DNA of 64,000 nucleotides from Octopus vulgaris. Its lineage: Eukaryota. Both the position numbers and the translations under genes were made by a program. Where the stretch lies: assembly GCA_951406725.2 (NCBI GenBank), contig OX597816.1, positions 83,390,001 through 83,454,000 on the forward strand, in the 5' to 3' direction. Shown here piece by piece: positions 25,550 through 39,300 of this stretch. Position 1 is the stretch's first letter. Every line of letters begins with the position of its first letter. The notes below the pieces were generated by a model. It saw only the letters and a program-made list of their open reading frames with translations. It was not told the DNA's origin and searched no databases.

Positions 25550-25990
25550 TAATATGTAGAAAGCCACAGAACTGCGATATTCACCTTGAGACAGTATCTC
25601 ATATAGACGTATAATGCTAAAAAGCACAGAAGTATAGGTAACAACAGAAAAGTGTCCTGTAGCGGCAGTGGAATTGTTAAATCTAAATTTCAGCTTATTT
25701 GCATATCATCAGTAGTAAATATCCACTAGCACCAGCATGCTTATGAAAATTTAGCATCTGTTGATATAGAAAGAACAGTGATTAACAAATCATTGGTGCC
25801 GCAAATATCCGACGGGTAAGGTAACACTTCGTTATTTGTGACAGAAGTCGTATTTGCTTCAAATAAGATTCGGTATATTTAAATTTATGTGGATACAACA
25901 TAGAAAGCCAAAAAAAAAAAAAAAAAAAAAATCTGTGGCATTCGACTCGAGACAGCATCTCGTACAGACGTATAGCGCTAAGGAAAGAGA
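25550..25990 (-). mobile_element. Old terminally redundant element related to 1035-1470, with a decayed HHR
   Basis: gagacagtatctcatatagacgtataatgctaa (25588) recurs at 25949 and is homologous to 1045-1200. Minus strand 25682-25718 has CTGATGA..gc aaataa gc t GAAA. Confidence 0.5.
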
Positions 25991-25997
25991 CAGAGAG

Positions 25998-26031
<34 letters not shown>

Positions 26032-26058
26032 ACAGAGGAAGGCAGACATGGGAAAAGA

Positions 26059-26089
<31 letters not shown>

Positions 26090-26873
26090 TAGCGGCTGAT
26101 AGCTATTTAAAGTGCTTACAAATTAGATCCCAATGAAAAGTGTTAGTCTAATTTGCATAACACTAACCTACATTAGCATTTTAGGATAACATTTTGGGTT
26201 CATTCAAAAACTGCATCATTGTATCTTAAATTATCTAAAAACGCACTGTGTTGCTCTCTAAAACTCAAAATAGTTAACACAATTCTCATGCACAACACAA
26301 CACAACAAACGTACACGTAAGCAATTTCAAACGCATATGCTTACTAAAATTTGTTGTGTAATGAGTAAACATTTGCATGCATTTACGCTCGCGCGTATGT
26401 ATATGCGTATGCAATATGTGTATAGAATATAACATTAGATACATATATATATGAATATATTATATTAATACGATACACACATACACACAACACACACGCA
26501 GATATGCAAACAGCTGTACAAACTTTTGAAGTTTCAGGTATATATGCACACTAGAATCTCTACTCTATAATCATCCGCGTATATATACATGGACATATAC
26601 ATATATACGAACATAAGCATTTATATACACATACATATGTGTATATAAATATATATAAATAAATACATTTCATATTCAAACATGTATATATGTATATATA
26701 TATATATATACATGCATGTATGTGTAAGTATACACATAAATACATACACACATATATATATATGTATATGTATACATATATATATGTCTATATATATTTA
26801 TATGTATATAAATATGTATATATATATGTATGTATATATATATATATATGTATACACACACACACACACACAT

Positions 26874-26927
<54 letters not shown>

Positions 26928-27272
26928 GTGTGTGAGAGATTAAGAGAAAGAGAAGGAAAGATGGAAGAAGAAAGAGTAAAATTGATGAGAGAGTGCAAAT
27001 GGAGTGAATTCATTGATCCTATAGTTGTATTCTCGAGGGTTCTGATAAATATCTTAACATTGCAAAACCCAATAAACCTGTCCTCGGTGTTCAATACAAT
27101 CAGTTGGAAAGTGCAGCTTATACACTGATTGTCGTTGTATCCCAAACTGCTGTGTTACCAGTTACATCGTTAGGATTTTTATGTAAACTGTATTACCCAG
27201 TATATTCTCTCTCTTTCTCTGTCTGTCTGCCTGTCTCTATCTTTCTCCACACACATACGTATATAAATATAT

Positions 27273-27330
<58 letters not shown>

Positions 27331-27334
<4 letters not shown>

Positions 27335-27648
27335 CGGACCATGGGATTGCACCTAGGAAGTTACCCTCCCAAGTACAAGTCTGGGCAAGGTTGTTAATGG
27401 AAGACCAGCAGTCATCCATGCATACTGGCCTCCCCTCTCCACGCCACTAGTGTTATCCATGGGAAAGGCAAAGGCGGATACAGCTTGGCACCAGTGACGT
27501 CGCAACACATTTCTACAGGTGAGTGAACTGGAGAAACGTGAAATAAAGTGTCTTGCTCAAGAATACAACACGCAGCCCGGTCCGGGATTCGAACTCACAA
27601 CCTCACGATCGTAAGCTCGCTCAACGCTCTAATCACTGAGCCATGCGC
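27331..27648 (-). mobile_element. tRNA/CORE-type SINE
   Basis: gaaataaagtgtcttgctcaaga...gggattcgaactc...cactgagccatgcgcc. Confidence 0.8.
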
Positions 27649-28632
27649 CGTATATATATATATATATATTATATATACGAGGGATTATCCAAAAGAAACC
27701 GGAATTTTGCAACGTTTCTATATTCACTTAGTTTTACATGTGTCGTAGTGTATCCATTAACCAAGTTTACATACATGAATAAGGCTGATAAAATCTTAAG
27801 ACTTGGAAGGCAGCTCATTGAGAAGCATTCCTTGTCTGATAACCTTAAATACACACCCAAAGAAGGGATATCTACTATTTGTATCTGGTCAAACAATCAC
27901 GATGATGTGTCCTCATTAGTTGTAAGACATTGGTGATGTTAAGTTAATTAGTGTTTAATCTCAGGTCAGTGTTGATCCAGCGGATTTACGATCAAATTAT
28001 TCCAGTCGTGATCATAAGTATTTGAAAGCATCTAGGGGGGATATTATCTATTTGTCAGTCAGTGACGTTTGATTTGAGGAGTTTGGGCTGCTATTCATGA
28101 CATAATAAGTGACCATATATATAGGCTACCTTGTCGTTTTGTTTAAATGGTGGTATTATTGTTGTTGCTTAGCCCTCGACCTGCCCAGATCGTGCAGTGT
28201 TATGACACGCCGGCTATCGAACGAACGACGAAGCACGATTCGCTGATACCCATACAGCACACTCCGACATTTAGTGATGAATCATATGAGGTACGGTTGA
28301 CAATAGTTCGGACATTTTGCATGTTATCCGCTATCATATTTATTTCTGTACACCAGTTGGTACTGCTTGTGGTGACAACGAATGCAAGCAAGGTGAATTC
28401 TGAGTCGCTGTTACTCTGCTCCTAGTGTTAATTCTGTACAAGCTAGCACAGTCTTCGAGGATGCAAAAAGATTTGATTACACGTCTTTCCAACAGACGAT
28501 TAAAGAAATACCAGTTCAATGCTAGGGGAGAGGCACTTTAAAGTGCCTGTATCTATGTAGAAAACCATTATTTCCGCCAGAAACACCAGCGCAGAGCTGT
28601 AGATGAAATACTTTGCGGGATTAACCCTTTAA

Positions 28633-29045
28633 GGCGAGCTGGCAGAATCGTTAGCACGCCGGGCGAAATGCTTAGTGGTATTTCGTCTACCGTTACGTTC
28701 TGAGTTCAAATTCCGCCGAGGTCGACTTTGCCTTTCATCCTTTCGGGGTCGATCAATTAAGTACCTGTTACGCACTGGGGTCGATGTAATTGACTTAATC
28801 CGTTTGTTTGTCCTTGTTTGTCTCCTCTGTGTTTAACCCCTTGTGGGTAGTAAAGAAATAGGTATTTCGTCTGTCGTTACGTTCTGAGTTCAAATTCCGC
28901 CGAGGTCGACTTTGCCTTTCATCCTTTCGGGGTCGATTAAATAAGTACCAGTTTCGCACTGGGGTCGATATAATCGACTTAATCCGTTTGTCTGTCCTTG
29001 TTTGTCCCCTCTGTGTTTAGCCCCCTGTGGGTAGTAAAGAAATAA
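28633..29045 (+). mobile_element. SINE A body dimer with target-site duplication
   Basis: 184-bp internal period, flanked by gggattaacc(c/t)tttaa at 28617 and 29046. Confidence 0.9.
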
Positions 29046-29049
29046 GGGA

Positions 29050-29445
29050 TTAACCTTTTAACAATTGAACCGGCCATATCCGGCCCAAATATTTTACTTG
29101 CTTTATGTCCAAACCAGCCAGGTCTGAATTCTCACACCTACCTTACAATGTCATACTAAAAATATACAATCACATCATCAAAATTTCAAAACTTGAGAAA
29201 ATGCATGATTAATTCAAAACAATATGAATAAATATGCATTACTTTTGACAAAGTAATACTCTTTTACTTGTTTCAGACATTTGACTGTGGCCATGCTGGA
29301 GTACCGCCTTTAGTCGAGCAAATCGACCCCAGGACTTATTCTTTGTAAACCTTGTACGTATTCTATCGGTCTCTTTTTGCCGAACCGCTAGATTACGGGG
29401 AAGTAAACGTCAAGCTATGTTGGGGGGACAAACACAGACACACAA

Positions 29446-29480
<35 letters not shown>

Positions 29481-29674
29481 CATATATACGATGGGCTTCT
29501 TTCAGTTTCCGTTTACCAAATCCACTCACAAGGCTTTGGTCGGCCCGAGGCTATAGTAGAAGATACTTGCCCAAGGTGCCACGCAGTGGGACTGAACCCG
29601 GAACCATGTGATTGGTAAGCAAGCTACTTACCACACAACCACTCCTACGCCTAATCTGAATGCTAAAGAGTTAA
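29050..29674. mobile_element. piggyBac-like MITE (TTAA-bounded) carrying a nested SINE B
   Basis: ttaaccttt ... aaagagttaa termini; the SINE B at 29258-29652 is flanked by taat. Confidence 0.55.
29258..29652 (-). mobile_element. SINE family B, full length
   Basis: ctcttttacttgtttcag tail through to the actcctacgcct head. Confidence 0.9.
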
Positions 29675-30103
29675 ATCAGATGATTTCGTGATTTTGTTTC
29701 CAAATGGAATCTGCTGGATTCTATTCTACCATTCCATTCTTATGGCGTCGATAAAATAAATACCAGAAATTGACTGAAATCGTACTACGATGTATGACTT
29801 TGTATTAAGAATCATTATTCCTGAAATTGGTGGAAACGACAGACTATCGCAAGCTAGCGATATTCTCTCTTGTCAGCATTACTGTTAATGGCCTTAGCAC
29901 AGCTAGGTTGGGTCAGTCGGAGGTGACAACGGAATGACACTGTCTACTTTAAGGTGTCAAAATCAACGTGATCTTCTGTTGACCACAAATGATGCTAACA
30001 TCACGAAAAGGAAAATTCTTTGACGCATATTATCCTTTCTCTCTTAAAATCTTTCTTTCTTTTTTGTTGGTGTTTCTCTTTTGGATAATATGTTATATGG
30101 TAT

Positions 30104-30204
<101 letters not shown>

Positions 30205-30446
30205 TGTGTGTGTGTGTGTATGTGTATGTGTGTGCGTGTGTGGGGGCATGTATGTGTGCGTGTATAAATATGTACATATATAAAAATATATATAGACGTA
30301 TATATACATGTATGTAAATATGTATGCATACAAATAAATACTTGATTATGCATATATGCATGCAGACATACGTTAATATACATATATGTACGTATGTATG
30401 CATCTATGTACGTCTATATACATATATGAATAAATGTATGTGTGTA

Positions 30447-30541
<95 letters not shown>

Positions 30542-30764
30542 TCATGTGTGTATGAGTCACATTTATTCTGAGCCTGATTCATATATTTATTCGTATACAT
30601 ATACACATGTATATTAAGTATATTAACCCTACCTGTCTGCCTACCCGCTCGATATGTGCCTACTCGTACGTACAATCTTATACACTCACGCTCACTCTCC
30701 CCCTCTCTCACTTCTCTTTCTCCATTCCCCCTCCTTCTCTCATATACAAATACACACATATATC

Positions 30765-30945
30765 CTTTAATTGTTTCAGTGACCAGTCTGTGGCTTTGCT
30801 GGGGCACCGACCTTGAAGAAGCTGTAAGTCGAATGAATCAACCCCAGTACTTACTCCCTTTTAAAGCTTGGTAATTATTATATTTTGCCGAACCGTTAAG
30901 TTACAGGAACATAAACACACCAACACCGGTTGTCAAGCAGTGCTC

Positions 30946-30999
<54 letters not shown>

Positions 31000-31320
31000 G
31001 ACAAGCGTCTTTAGTTTCTTATTTCTTTATTGCCGAATAAGGGACAAACAAGGACAGACAAAGGGATTAAGTCGATTACATCGACTCCAGTGCGTAACTG
31101 GTACTTCATTTATCGACCCCGAAAGGATGAAAGACAAAGTCGACCTCGGCGGAATTTGAATTCAGAACGTAACGGCAGACGAATTACCGACATGCTGCCG
31201 TTTCTGCCAGCTCGCCGCCTTATCATCTTTAGTTTCTGTCTGCGAAATACACTCACAAGGCTTAGGTCGGCCCAAGGTGTCACAGTGCGACTGAACCAGG
31301 ACTGAACCACAAAGCCATGC
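30765..31320 (-). mobile_element. SINE B interrupted by SINE A (31018-31222)
   Basis: B tail at 30765-30950; the B head is split around an A copy, with tctttagtttct on both sides. Confidence 0.75.
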
Positions 31321-31337
31321 TTATATATAATATAATG

Positions 31338-31402
<65 letters not shown>

Positions 31403-31422
31403 CATATATATAAATATATATA

Positions 31423-31825
31423 TTACGATTACCCTGAAGGCGCGCATGGCAGAATTTTGGAGGGAAAATTTACGTTCCCAGTCGTTACTTAGTTTTAACA
31501 TCTGCGCACTTCCCCGCACTATCTGATGTCGTTGGGTCAGAAGTGAGGGCCGGTGGCATTTGGTAAAGCTATCGAATATAGCGCCGATGACGGAAATCAA
31601 ACTACTTTTCTATGTTTGTGATCCAGAAACATGTGTTCGTTATTAACGGTAAGTGACTGTTTGCGTCTATTTGCTACTCCGGTTTTGTGTATGTGAGCCG
31701 CACGGGCCTTCGTTTTTGGAATCTCCACTTACAGAAAATGGAAAAAACAGTCTTTGACTGCCATTTCTAATCCCTTCGGTATGAGGCGAAACAGCCTGCT
31801 GCTAGCCCTCTTATTTACTTTACTA
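31423..31825 (+). mobile_element. ~400-bp unique-sequence insert between (TA)n tracts carrying an HHR
   Basis: GC-richer island bounded by TA runs; HHR motif at 31579-31642. Confidence 0.6.
31579..31642 (+). ncRNA. Type I hammerhead-like ribozyme (CCGAUGA core variant)
   Basis: tagcg-CCGATGA-cgga..caaac...gtttg..tcca-GAAA-catgtg-TT-cgtta; stems I-III pair. Confidence 0.6.
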
Positions 31826-31835
31826 TATGTATATA

Positions 31836-31951
<116 letters not shown>

Positions 31952-31979
31952 GTATATATATTTATATATTTATATATAT

Positions 31980-32025
<46 letters not shown>

Positions 32026-32057
32026 ATATGTATATATATATATATATATACATATAT

Positions 32058-32109
<52 letters not shown>

Positions 32110-32117
<8 letters not shown>

Positions 32118-32385
32118 ATCATGTGACCAACCAGTTCATCAGATGTAGTTACACATCACTGGTCACAATGCGTTGGCATTGTTTTAGCCTTCGAATGACG
32201 CCACCCAACAGAAGAAAGAGTTGGAGAATGAGTGGTGAAAGAGTACAGTAGGCATCACCACCTCGTGGAGCCTCGTGGAGCTTTTAGGTGTTTTCGCTCA
32301 ATAAGCACTCACGACGCCCGGGAATCGAAACCGCGATCCTACGACCGCGAGTCCGCTGCCCTAACCACTGGGCCATTGCGCCTCC
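32110..32385 (-). mobile_element. SINE family C head with a different tail
   Basis: Reverse complement of ggaggcgcaatggcccagtggttagggcagcggactcgcgg. Confidence 0.85.
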
Positions 32386-32807
32386 ATATATCCTTTATAT
32401 ATGTATATATATATATATATTATGCATATGCATATGCTTATATATATATGTGTATGTGTGTGTGCATGTATGTGCATATATTTGCCTATATATTTGTGTG
32501 TATATATATAGGTGTGATATACATATATGTGTTTGTATATGTATGTATTTATGTATGTATGTATATTTGTATATATACGTTTGTACGTATGTATCTCTTT
32601 ACAGAACTCTATTGTTACTCTAAGTTTCGCATTACTACTTCTCTCAGTGGTACATAGAATGCAAAGTAAGTATTTCTAGGAATAGTGCAAAGTTAAGAAA
32701 ATACGCAAATAGATATATCGAACCCAAGAGAGGATAGATATCTGATTTATCGATGCCTGCCTATGTTACATAAAATTAATTATACATTATATTTTGTGTC
32801 ATAAAAT

Positions 32808-32808
32808 A

Positions 32809-32870
<62 letters not shown>

Positions 32871-32886
32871 GTTGTTGTTTTTGTTA

Positions 32887-32978
<92 letters not shown>
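32808..32978. repeat. (TAT)n microsatellite
   Basis: Direct observation. Confidence 0.95.
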
Positions 32979-32981
<3 letters not shown>

Positions 32982-33859
32982 TTTGTTCATCATGTACTAG
33001 TACGTATATATTCATGAGTATTTTATTTATTTCATTCATTTAGAAAAACTGATACATATTTTTGACAATTCCGGAGCGCATTGAACTTACTGGTGCGAGA
33101 CTTTTGACGTACCCTGTATATAAAAGAGAATAGTATTAAATTGCTTTAAAACGAACAGTCTGCATGCATTGCACTTTAACACAGTGAAATACACATGCAT
33201 TATGTGGTGCAGTGAATAGACTCAATTTTCTAAATATCCAGAGATTTTCTGTCTCACTTAAAAACAATCACAGCACATTAGCATATTTGCACAAGTGTGC
33301 TGCGGTGCAGTGGATGATAATCTTTGGCTTAATCACGGTTTCTGTTATTTTATTCCATATTCTTTGCCTTCTCTCCTATCCCGGAGATTTGACTAAAAAT
33401 ATTGGAGTCGCAATTTCCTACTGTGGTCATTGCTGCTTTTGCGGCTATCAATTATTATGTTTTTTAGTTGTTTCTACGTTCAAAAAATCCGTATGTCGTT
33501 CAACAATTTTGTCATCAAGCTTTTCTCTCACCGCAAGCAGTTTTATCGCAAACATTTCTGCACTTACGACAGGGCACAAGTCCTCAGTTACTGTATGGTC
33601 TTTGGGCTCATTAGTACCTGTACATTCGTATACACTCAACCTGACCATGTGTTACTATTTTGGCGATTAACAGCTGCTCATTTTATTCCACAAAAACGAG
33701 TTAAGAGTTAACATCATCACTAATACCCTTTACCGTTGGCTGTATGATGCGCTGTACCAAGTATTGAGATACCAGCTTCTATACAGGGACAAGTAACACA
33801 CCAGCTTGGCCTACTTATGCTCTCATCTTCTTTCTCGCCGTACTCTTCTTAGTCATTAG

Positions 33860-34012
33860 TAGGGCGAAATGCTTAATGATTAGCGACACTTCGTCCGTCT
33901 ACGTTCTGAGTTCAAATCTAGCCCATGTCGACTTGACTTTTAACCTTTCGGGATCGATAACTTAAAGTACCAGCCCCCAAATTTCACGCCTTGTGCCGTT
34001 AGTAGGAAGGAT
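33860..34012 (+). mobile_element. Degenerate SINE A
   Basis: gggcgaaatgctta...acgttctgagttcaaa...cctttcgggatcgataa. Confidence 0.7.
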
Positions 34013-34277
34013 TGTTATTATTGTATACTTTCTTTTCTTTTTTTCATTATATGTAAACTCCCACATTTTTATGTCTGTCTTTGTATTGTCCCTCTCATCC
34101 TTCACCGTTGTGGCAAATAAATGAAATCATCATCATTATTATTGTTGCTGTTGTTGTTGATGTTGTTGTTGGTGTTGGTGTTGTTGTTGTTGTAGCAGTA
34201 GTAGTAGTAGAAATTGTAGTAGTTATTGTTCGCCATTCTTGGCATATTTTGTGTACCTTCAGAAGTGTGTTAGAAAT

Positions 34278-34347
<70 letters not shown>

Positions 34348-35243
34348 ACACACACACACACACACATCTTGCGCTGTACTTTTCTTTTTCCTTTTGTTCC
34401 AATTTTAATGGAATTATTGGAAAGAGTCGATTTTTGTGTCTTTGCGAATGAAAGAAAGAACATTTCTTTTTCGAAAATTGAAGTCTTTCTACTGCAAACA
34501 ATGAAAAATTAAAGCAATTAAAATCTCCACCTCTGTCATTTAGAAGTCAGCGCATGAAATGACAAAAACAACTACGACAATGAAGACGACGACGACGATT
34601 ATGATGATGATGATGATGTTGATGATGATGATTATGGTGGATAGTGGTGGGGATGCTGAGGGATAATTACGATCATTAAAATCAACTACAATGACTGCTG
34701 TAATAATAACGATACTTCTACTTGTTCCAATTACAATATATATATATATATATATATTGTGTGTGTGTGTGTGTGTGTGTGTAATAACATCAGCAACATC
34801 ACAACCCATTAACAACAACAACAACAGCATCAAGCATAGCTTGATGTAACGCCAACAACAGTATCAAACACATCGCCTTTAACAACAGTAACAGCAATAA
34901 CACTAACAATCGCCGGATGCAACTGTAATAAGGCTCTTCAACACAACAAACATCAAAATCAACAACCCACAAAGAAAATAGCAAGAACAACGACATACTA
35001 CAAACATATCAGCAAAAGCAACATCACATCAAACACAACAGCAACAAGAACAACAACAACAACAACTAGAACAACAACAACAGCAGCAGCAGCAACAGCA
35101 ATAGAAGCAGCAGCAACAATAACACACGTGAAATATAACGCTAACAGCAACAAAAGCAGCACAGGTCTATCACAACAGTAATATCACACATCAAACACCA
35201 CAACAACAGTAACAATAGCGCGCACCAAATAATATAATAGTAG

Positions 35244-35275
<32 letters not shown>

Positions 35276-35439
35276 ACAATAGCAACAACAACAACAATAG
35301 CAATAACAACAACAATAGCAACAATATCAGATTATATGTGGAATATTAATGATTTCCTTGCTATATATATATGTAACAGTTGAAAGAAGAATGTTGTGTA
35401 TTTCACGAGACACGCCTGTTTATAGCGCGCGCGCGTGTG

Positions 35440-37182
35440 TAAGTAAGATAGAGAGAGAGTGTGTAAGAGGAAGGGGAGACTGAGAGTGAAAGGAGAAGTG
35501 AGACTGAGAGGGCGGTTGGGGAAGAGAGAGAACGATTGAAAGACGGTGAAAGAAACGGGGGTAAAGATTGAAAATGGAAGAGTAAGACATGTTAAAAGTA
35601 CATAATTGAGAGAGAGAGAGAAAGAGAAAGAGTAAGAGAGAGTTGGAATTACGAAAGAAAGCGTGAAGAATGAGAGAGAGTCAGACAAAGTCAAAAGGAG
35701 AAAAGGAGGAAAAAGAAAAAGATTAAGAAACAGGAACAGGGAAAGCGAAAAAGGCTGAGAAAGAAAGAGAGAAGAAAGATAAAGTTAAACAGGTAAATAC
35801 AAGCAGGTAGAGAAAGGGAGAGAGGGAAAGAAAGAGTGAGAGAGGAAAAAGAAAGAGAGAGACAGAAAGAGAGGGGGAAAGAAAGAGAGAGGCAGAGAAC
35901 GAGACAGATAGTGAGAAACAGATGGAGAGAGAGAGGCAGAGATAGACAGCGATACAGTGAGCCATACAGGCAAAGAAAGGTATACTGGGTGATAAAGTAA
36001 TAAAACTGAAGGAAGTAAAGGGTGAAATGTAAAAAAGAAGAAAAAGAAGCAAAGAGTAGGTTGAGAAAGGCAGAGAAAATGGTGGTTTAGAAGATATAAG
36101 ACGGTGGGAGGAAGCAATAGGGAAAATAAATGAAGAGGAAAAGTGTATAGAAGTGGAAGCGGGAGAGAAGTAAAGAGAAAGAAGAAGAAGAAGAGGGGAA
36201 GAGAAATCAGGGTAGAAAACGAAAGTGAAACTGAAAGTGAAAGAAGAATATAGACGAATGGTAGGGGAAAAGAGGAACAGAAAGACAAAAAGCGAAGAAA
36301 AGTGGAGAGAGAAGGAGAGAGAGGAAGAGAGAGTGTGTGCATGTATAAGAGAGTAAAATGATAGATGATTGAGTATATTATGAAGAGAACGGTGAAATCA
36401 TAGAGAGGCGGAGAACAATGCAAGGGAGATTGAAAGCATAGAGAGAGAGGAGTAGTAAGAGTAGGTGCGAAAGAAGAAGGTGGTTGAGAAGAGGGGAGTG
36501 GTTACAAACAAGATGTAGGAGAAAGAGAGGGGTGTGAGACGGCCGTGAATGCAAGAGAAGGAAAATAGAAAGTGTTGTTGGAACAGAGGAATGAGATCAC
36601 TAAGAGAGAAAGAGAAAGAGAGAGAGAGATAGAGAGAAAGAGAGAGGATAAAAGGAACAAATGGAAGTTTGAGTAGAAAGAAGAGGAGATCGAGAGAGGT
36701 TAGACACTGGAAAAAAAGAAGAGAAGGGTGGGGATCGAAGTGGAAGTAGGAGATAAAGCACAGAAAAGAGGGTGGAGAGGCAGACAGAGAGAGAGAGAGG
36801 GGGTGAGTAGAGAGAGAGGAGGAAGAGGAGGAGGAGATGCAGAAAAAGAGGAGGGGAAAGGACAGGGCGGTTTTAAAACGGAGGAGAGAGAGAGAGAGAG
36901 AGGAGGAGTCTGCGAAAGAGGATTGATTAAAGCGATAGACAAGGAAGAATTGAAGGAGGAAGTAAGAAGATACAAAATGAAAAACATGGAGAGGGGAGAG
37001 AGAACCAGAGACAGAGAGATAAGAAGAAAGAGAGATGGAAAGAGAGAAAGAGGGTGAGGAATATAAGAGAGGCGTGAAAAAGATATACTGATGGAAATGT
37101 TGAGGAAGTGCCGGAGATTATTCATTCACTCTGTGAGTGAATGAATAGAAGAGACGAAATAGAAGGTGGTTATATATGCGAT

Positions 37183-37225
<43 letters not shown>

Positions 37226-37295
37226 TGTGAGAGAGAGAGTGAGAGAGAGAGAGGGTAACAGAGAGAGTGGGAGATAGAAAGAAGGAAACAGAAGG

Positions 37296-37360
<65 letters not shown>

Positions 37361-37460
37361 TACAAGAAAAGTTGAGAAGAACTCTAGCGGCTGAGAAGCG
37401 AGAGAGATGGAAAGCTATAGCGAAATATAATAGATGAAGATGGAGACGGCAGAAATGCAG
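35440..37460. repeat. ~2-kb purine-rich (GA) low-complexity tract
   Basis: Strong A/G strand bias with (GA)n runs. Confidence 0.9.
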
Positions 37461-38409
37461 TAGTAGTAGTATTAGTAGTAGTAATAGTAGTAGTAGTGGT
37501 GTTGGTGGTGATGGTGGTGGTGTTGATGGTGGTGGTGGTGGTGGTGGTGGTGAGTGACATTTGTTCTCATTATGACGGTTGCGGTAGTAATAATGGTTGT
37601 AGTGGAAGCGGTGGTTTTAACCGTAGTAGTAGTTGTAGGAGTTGTTGCTGTTATTGTAGGAGTAGTAGTTATAGGATGAGTTGTGTAGACTGTGGTGATA
37701 GGGATAGATGAGTTGATGGGGAAAAATGAGAGGAAAAAAAACCAGAAAAATTGTTGGGATAAAGTAAAGGAAATAGAAAAGATGTAGATTGTTGAGAATA
37801 GGGATGAGGATCGGTTGGAGGAAACAAGAAAAGGGAATAAAGAAAGGGATACGATGAGGAGGCAGAAAGAAATAAGAGAAGCACACACACAGACATACGC
37901 ACACACGCAAACACGCACACGCACACGCACACGCACACAAAAACACACACGTTCGCATTTGATAACAGTTTGACTTAAGGCTACTGAAAGTTTCGTAAGT
38001 GTAGAAAACATCCTTATCATATGTTCGGAGACGTTTTTTATGCCCACGAAACTGTAAGTAATGTGGGCTGAGTCAAACCCGTATTAAATATATATATATC
38101 TCTGTGTGTGTGTGTGTGTGTCCAAGTAAAGTTTTGAGGGCTAGATGCTTTCGTTTCTTTACTCATATATACAATTTGTTCGGGCTAAATTTGAAGATTT
38201 TTTTTTCAACGTTTATTTACTTCAGGATCAGCTTGATGTATTGGTGAATGGTCGGTCAGCGGCGTTGGAGAACCAAATGGCAACAGTTGTAGTTGAAGAA
38301 AAGTTAGCTGACATGTAGGGTTGGCAGCCATTTGAAAATGAAAAAAACTTACAGGTATCAAAATGTCGATATCATCACTGCAGCTCAATATTCTGTGAAC
38401 ACTAAAGAC

Positions 38410-38645
38410 GGAGGTGCCTGACGTAGTGGTTAGGGTATTGGACACATGATCTGAAGTTTATGGTTTCGACCCCTGAATTAGTAATGTGTTGTGTATTTGA
38501 ATAAAACACTTCATTTTGCGCTGCTCCAGTCCCCTCAGCTGGCAAAAATGAATGATCCTGCAGCGGAACGGTGTCCCATCCTGCAAGGAATATAAAAATC
38601 ACACAAACCGGGAAAGCGGCCTCATAAGTCTACATGACGCAGGGA
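38410..38645 (+). mobile_element. tRNA/CORE-type SINE with V-like motif
   Basis: tagtggttagggtattgg, gtttcgacccc, ctccagtcccctcagctggcaaaaatg, gtgtcccatcc. Confidence 0.75.
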
Positions 38646-38779
38646 GGAGCTCTATCCTTTCTTTTCTTATTGTAAAAGCAGGAAGACGTGACATGGATGG
38701 ATGCAACAGAGATACTGAAACTGTGGCCAGCCGAAAGAAACAAGCGTTTTGATTGCGTCCGCTCGCCGGAATTTATCCT

Positions 38780-39200
38780 CGATATCTTTGAACGGAACCT
38801 TAGACTCAATTCAGATGGCTATGTGAAAGCTTCTGGAGACTGTGGTCAATCTGTTGAAGGAGATGGTTGCTGCTGGAAGGCCATATGTGTGTGGTAGCAA
38901 GAAATTTGCCCCTTGCTATACCTCCAGAAAGAGTCAGAAGTGGTTGTCTGTGAGTTTCTACAACTTCAGCGGCCCAATTTCGGGCCTCCTAATTCTCTCG
39001 ATTGTCATCTCATGGATTCATATGCGTGGAGTACGATTGAGAAAGATACCAACTACTCTGCCTGCAACCCCAGTACCGAGCTGGTGGCTAAGATCAACAA
39101 AGTGTTCGAAGATCTCGGGACACAGTGAGGAACGCATGCATTAGACTACGGACCCGTCATGAGGCCGTGATGGAAGTCGAGAACAGGTACTTTAAGTAAA
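38780..39200 (+). pseudogene. maT/Tc1-mariner transposase fragment related to 17229-18060
   Basis: VAAGRPYV...APCYTSRKSQKWL...PPNSLDCHLMDSYAW, frameshifted. Confidence 0.8.
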
Positions 39201-39300
39201 CTGTTACAAGCCTCGCCATAATGCAGTTGATATTTTTTTTTTTTTTTAAATACTTGTATTTTCTAAAGGGATAATGATATATATATAATGATATATATAT

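Noticed and set aside
27677-27760. TACGAGGG mariner-like terminus (similar strings at ~28284 and ~62598)
   Set aside because: No matching opposite TIR or transposase was found.
33212-33711. Non-repetitive ORFs (152/93/66 aa) near a possible Tc1-like terminus at ~33117
   Set aside because: No recognisable motif; possibly a decayed transposon but I cannot support it.
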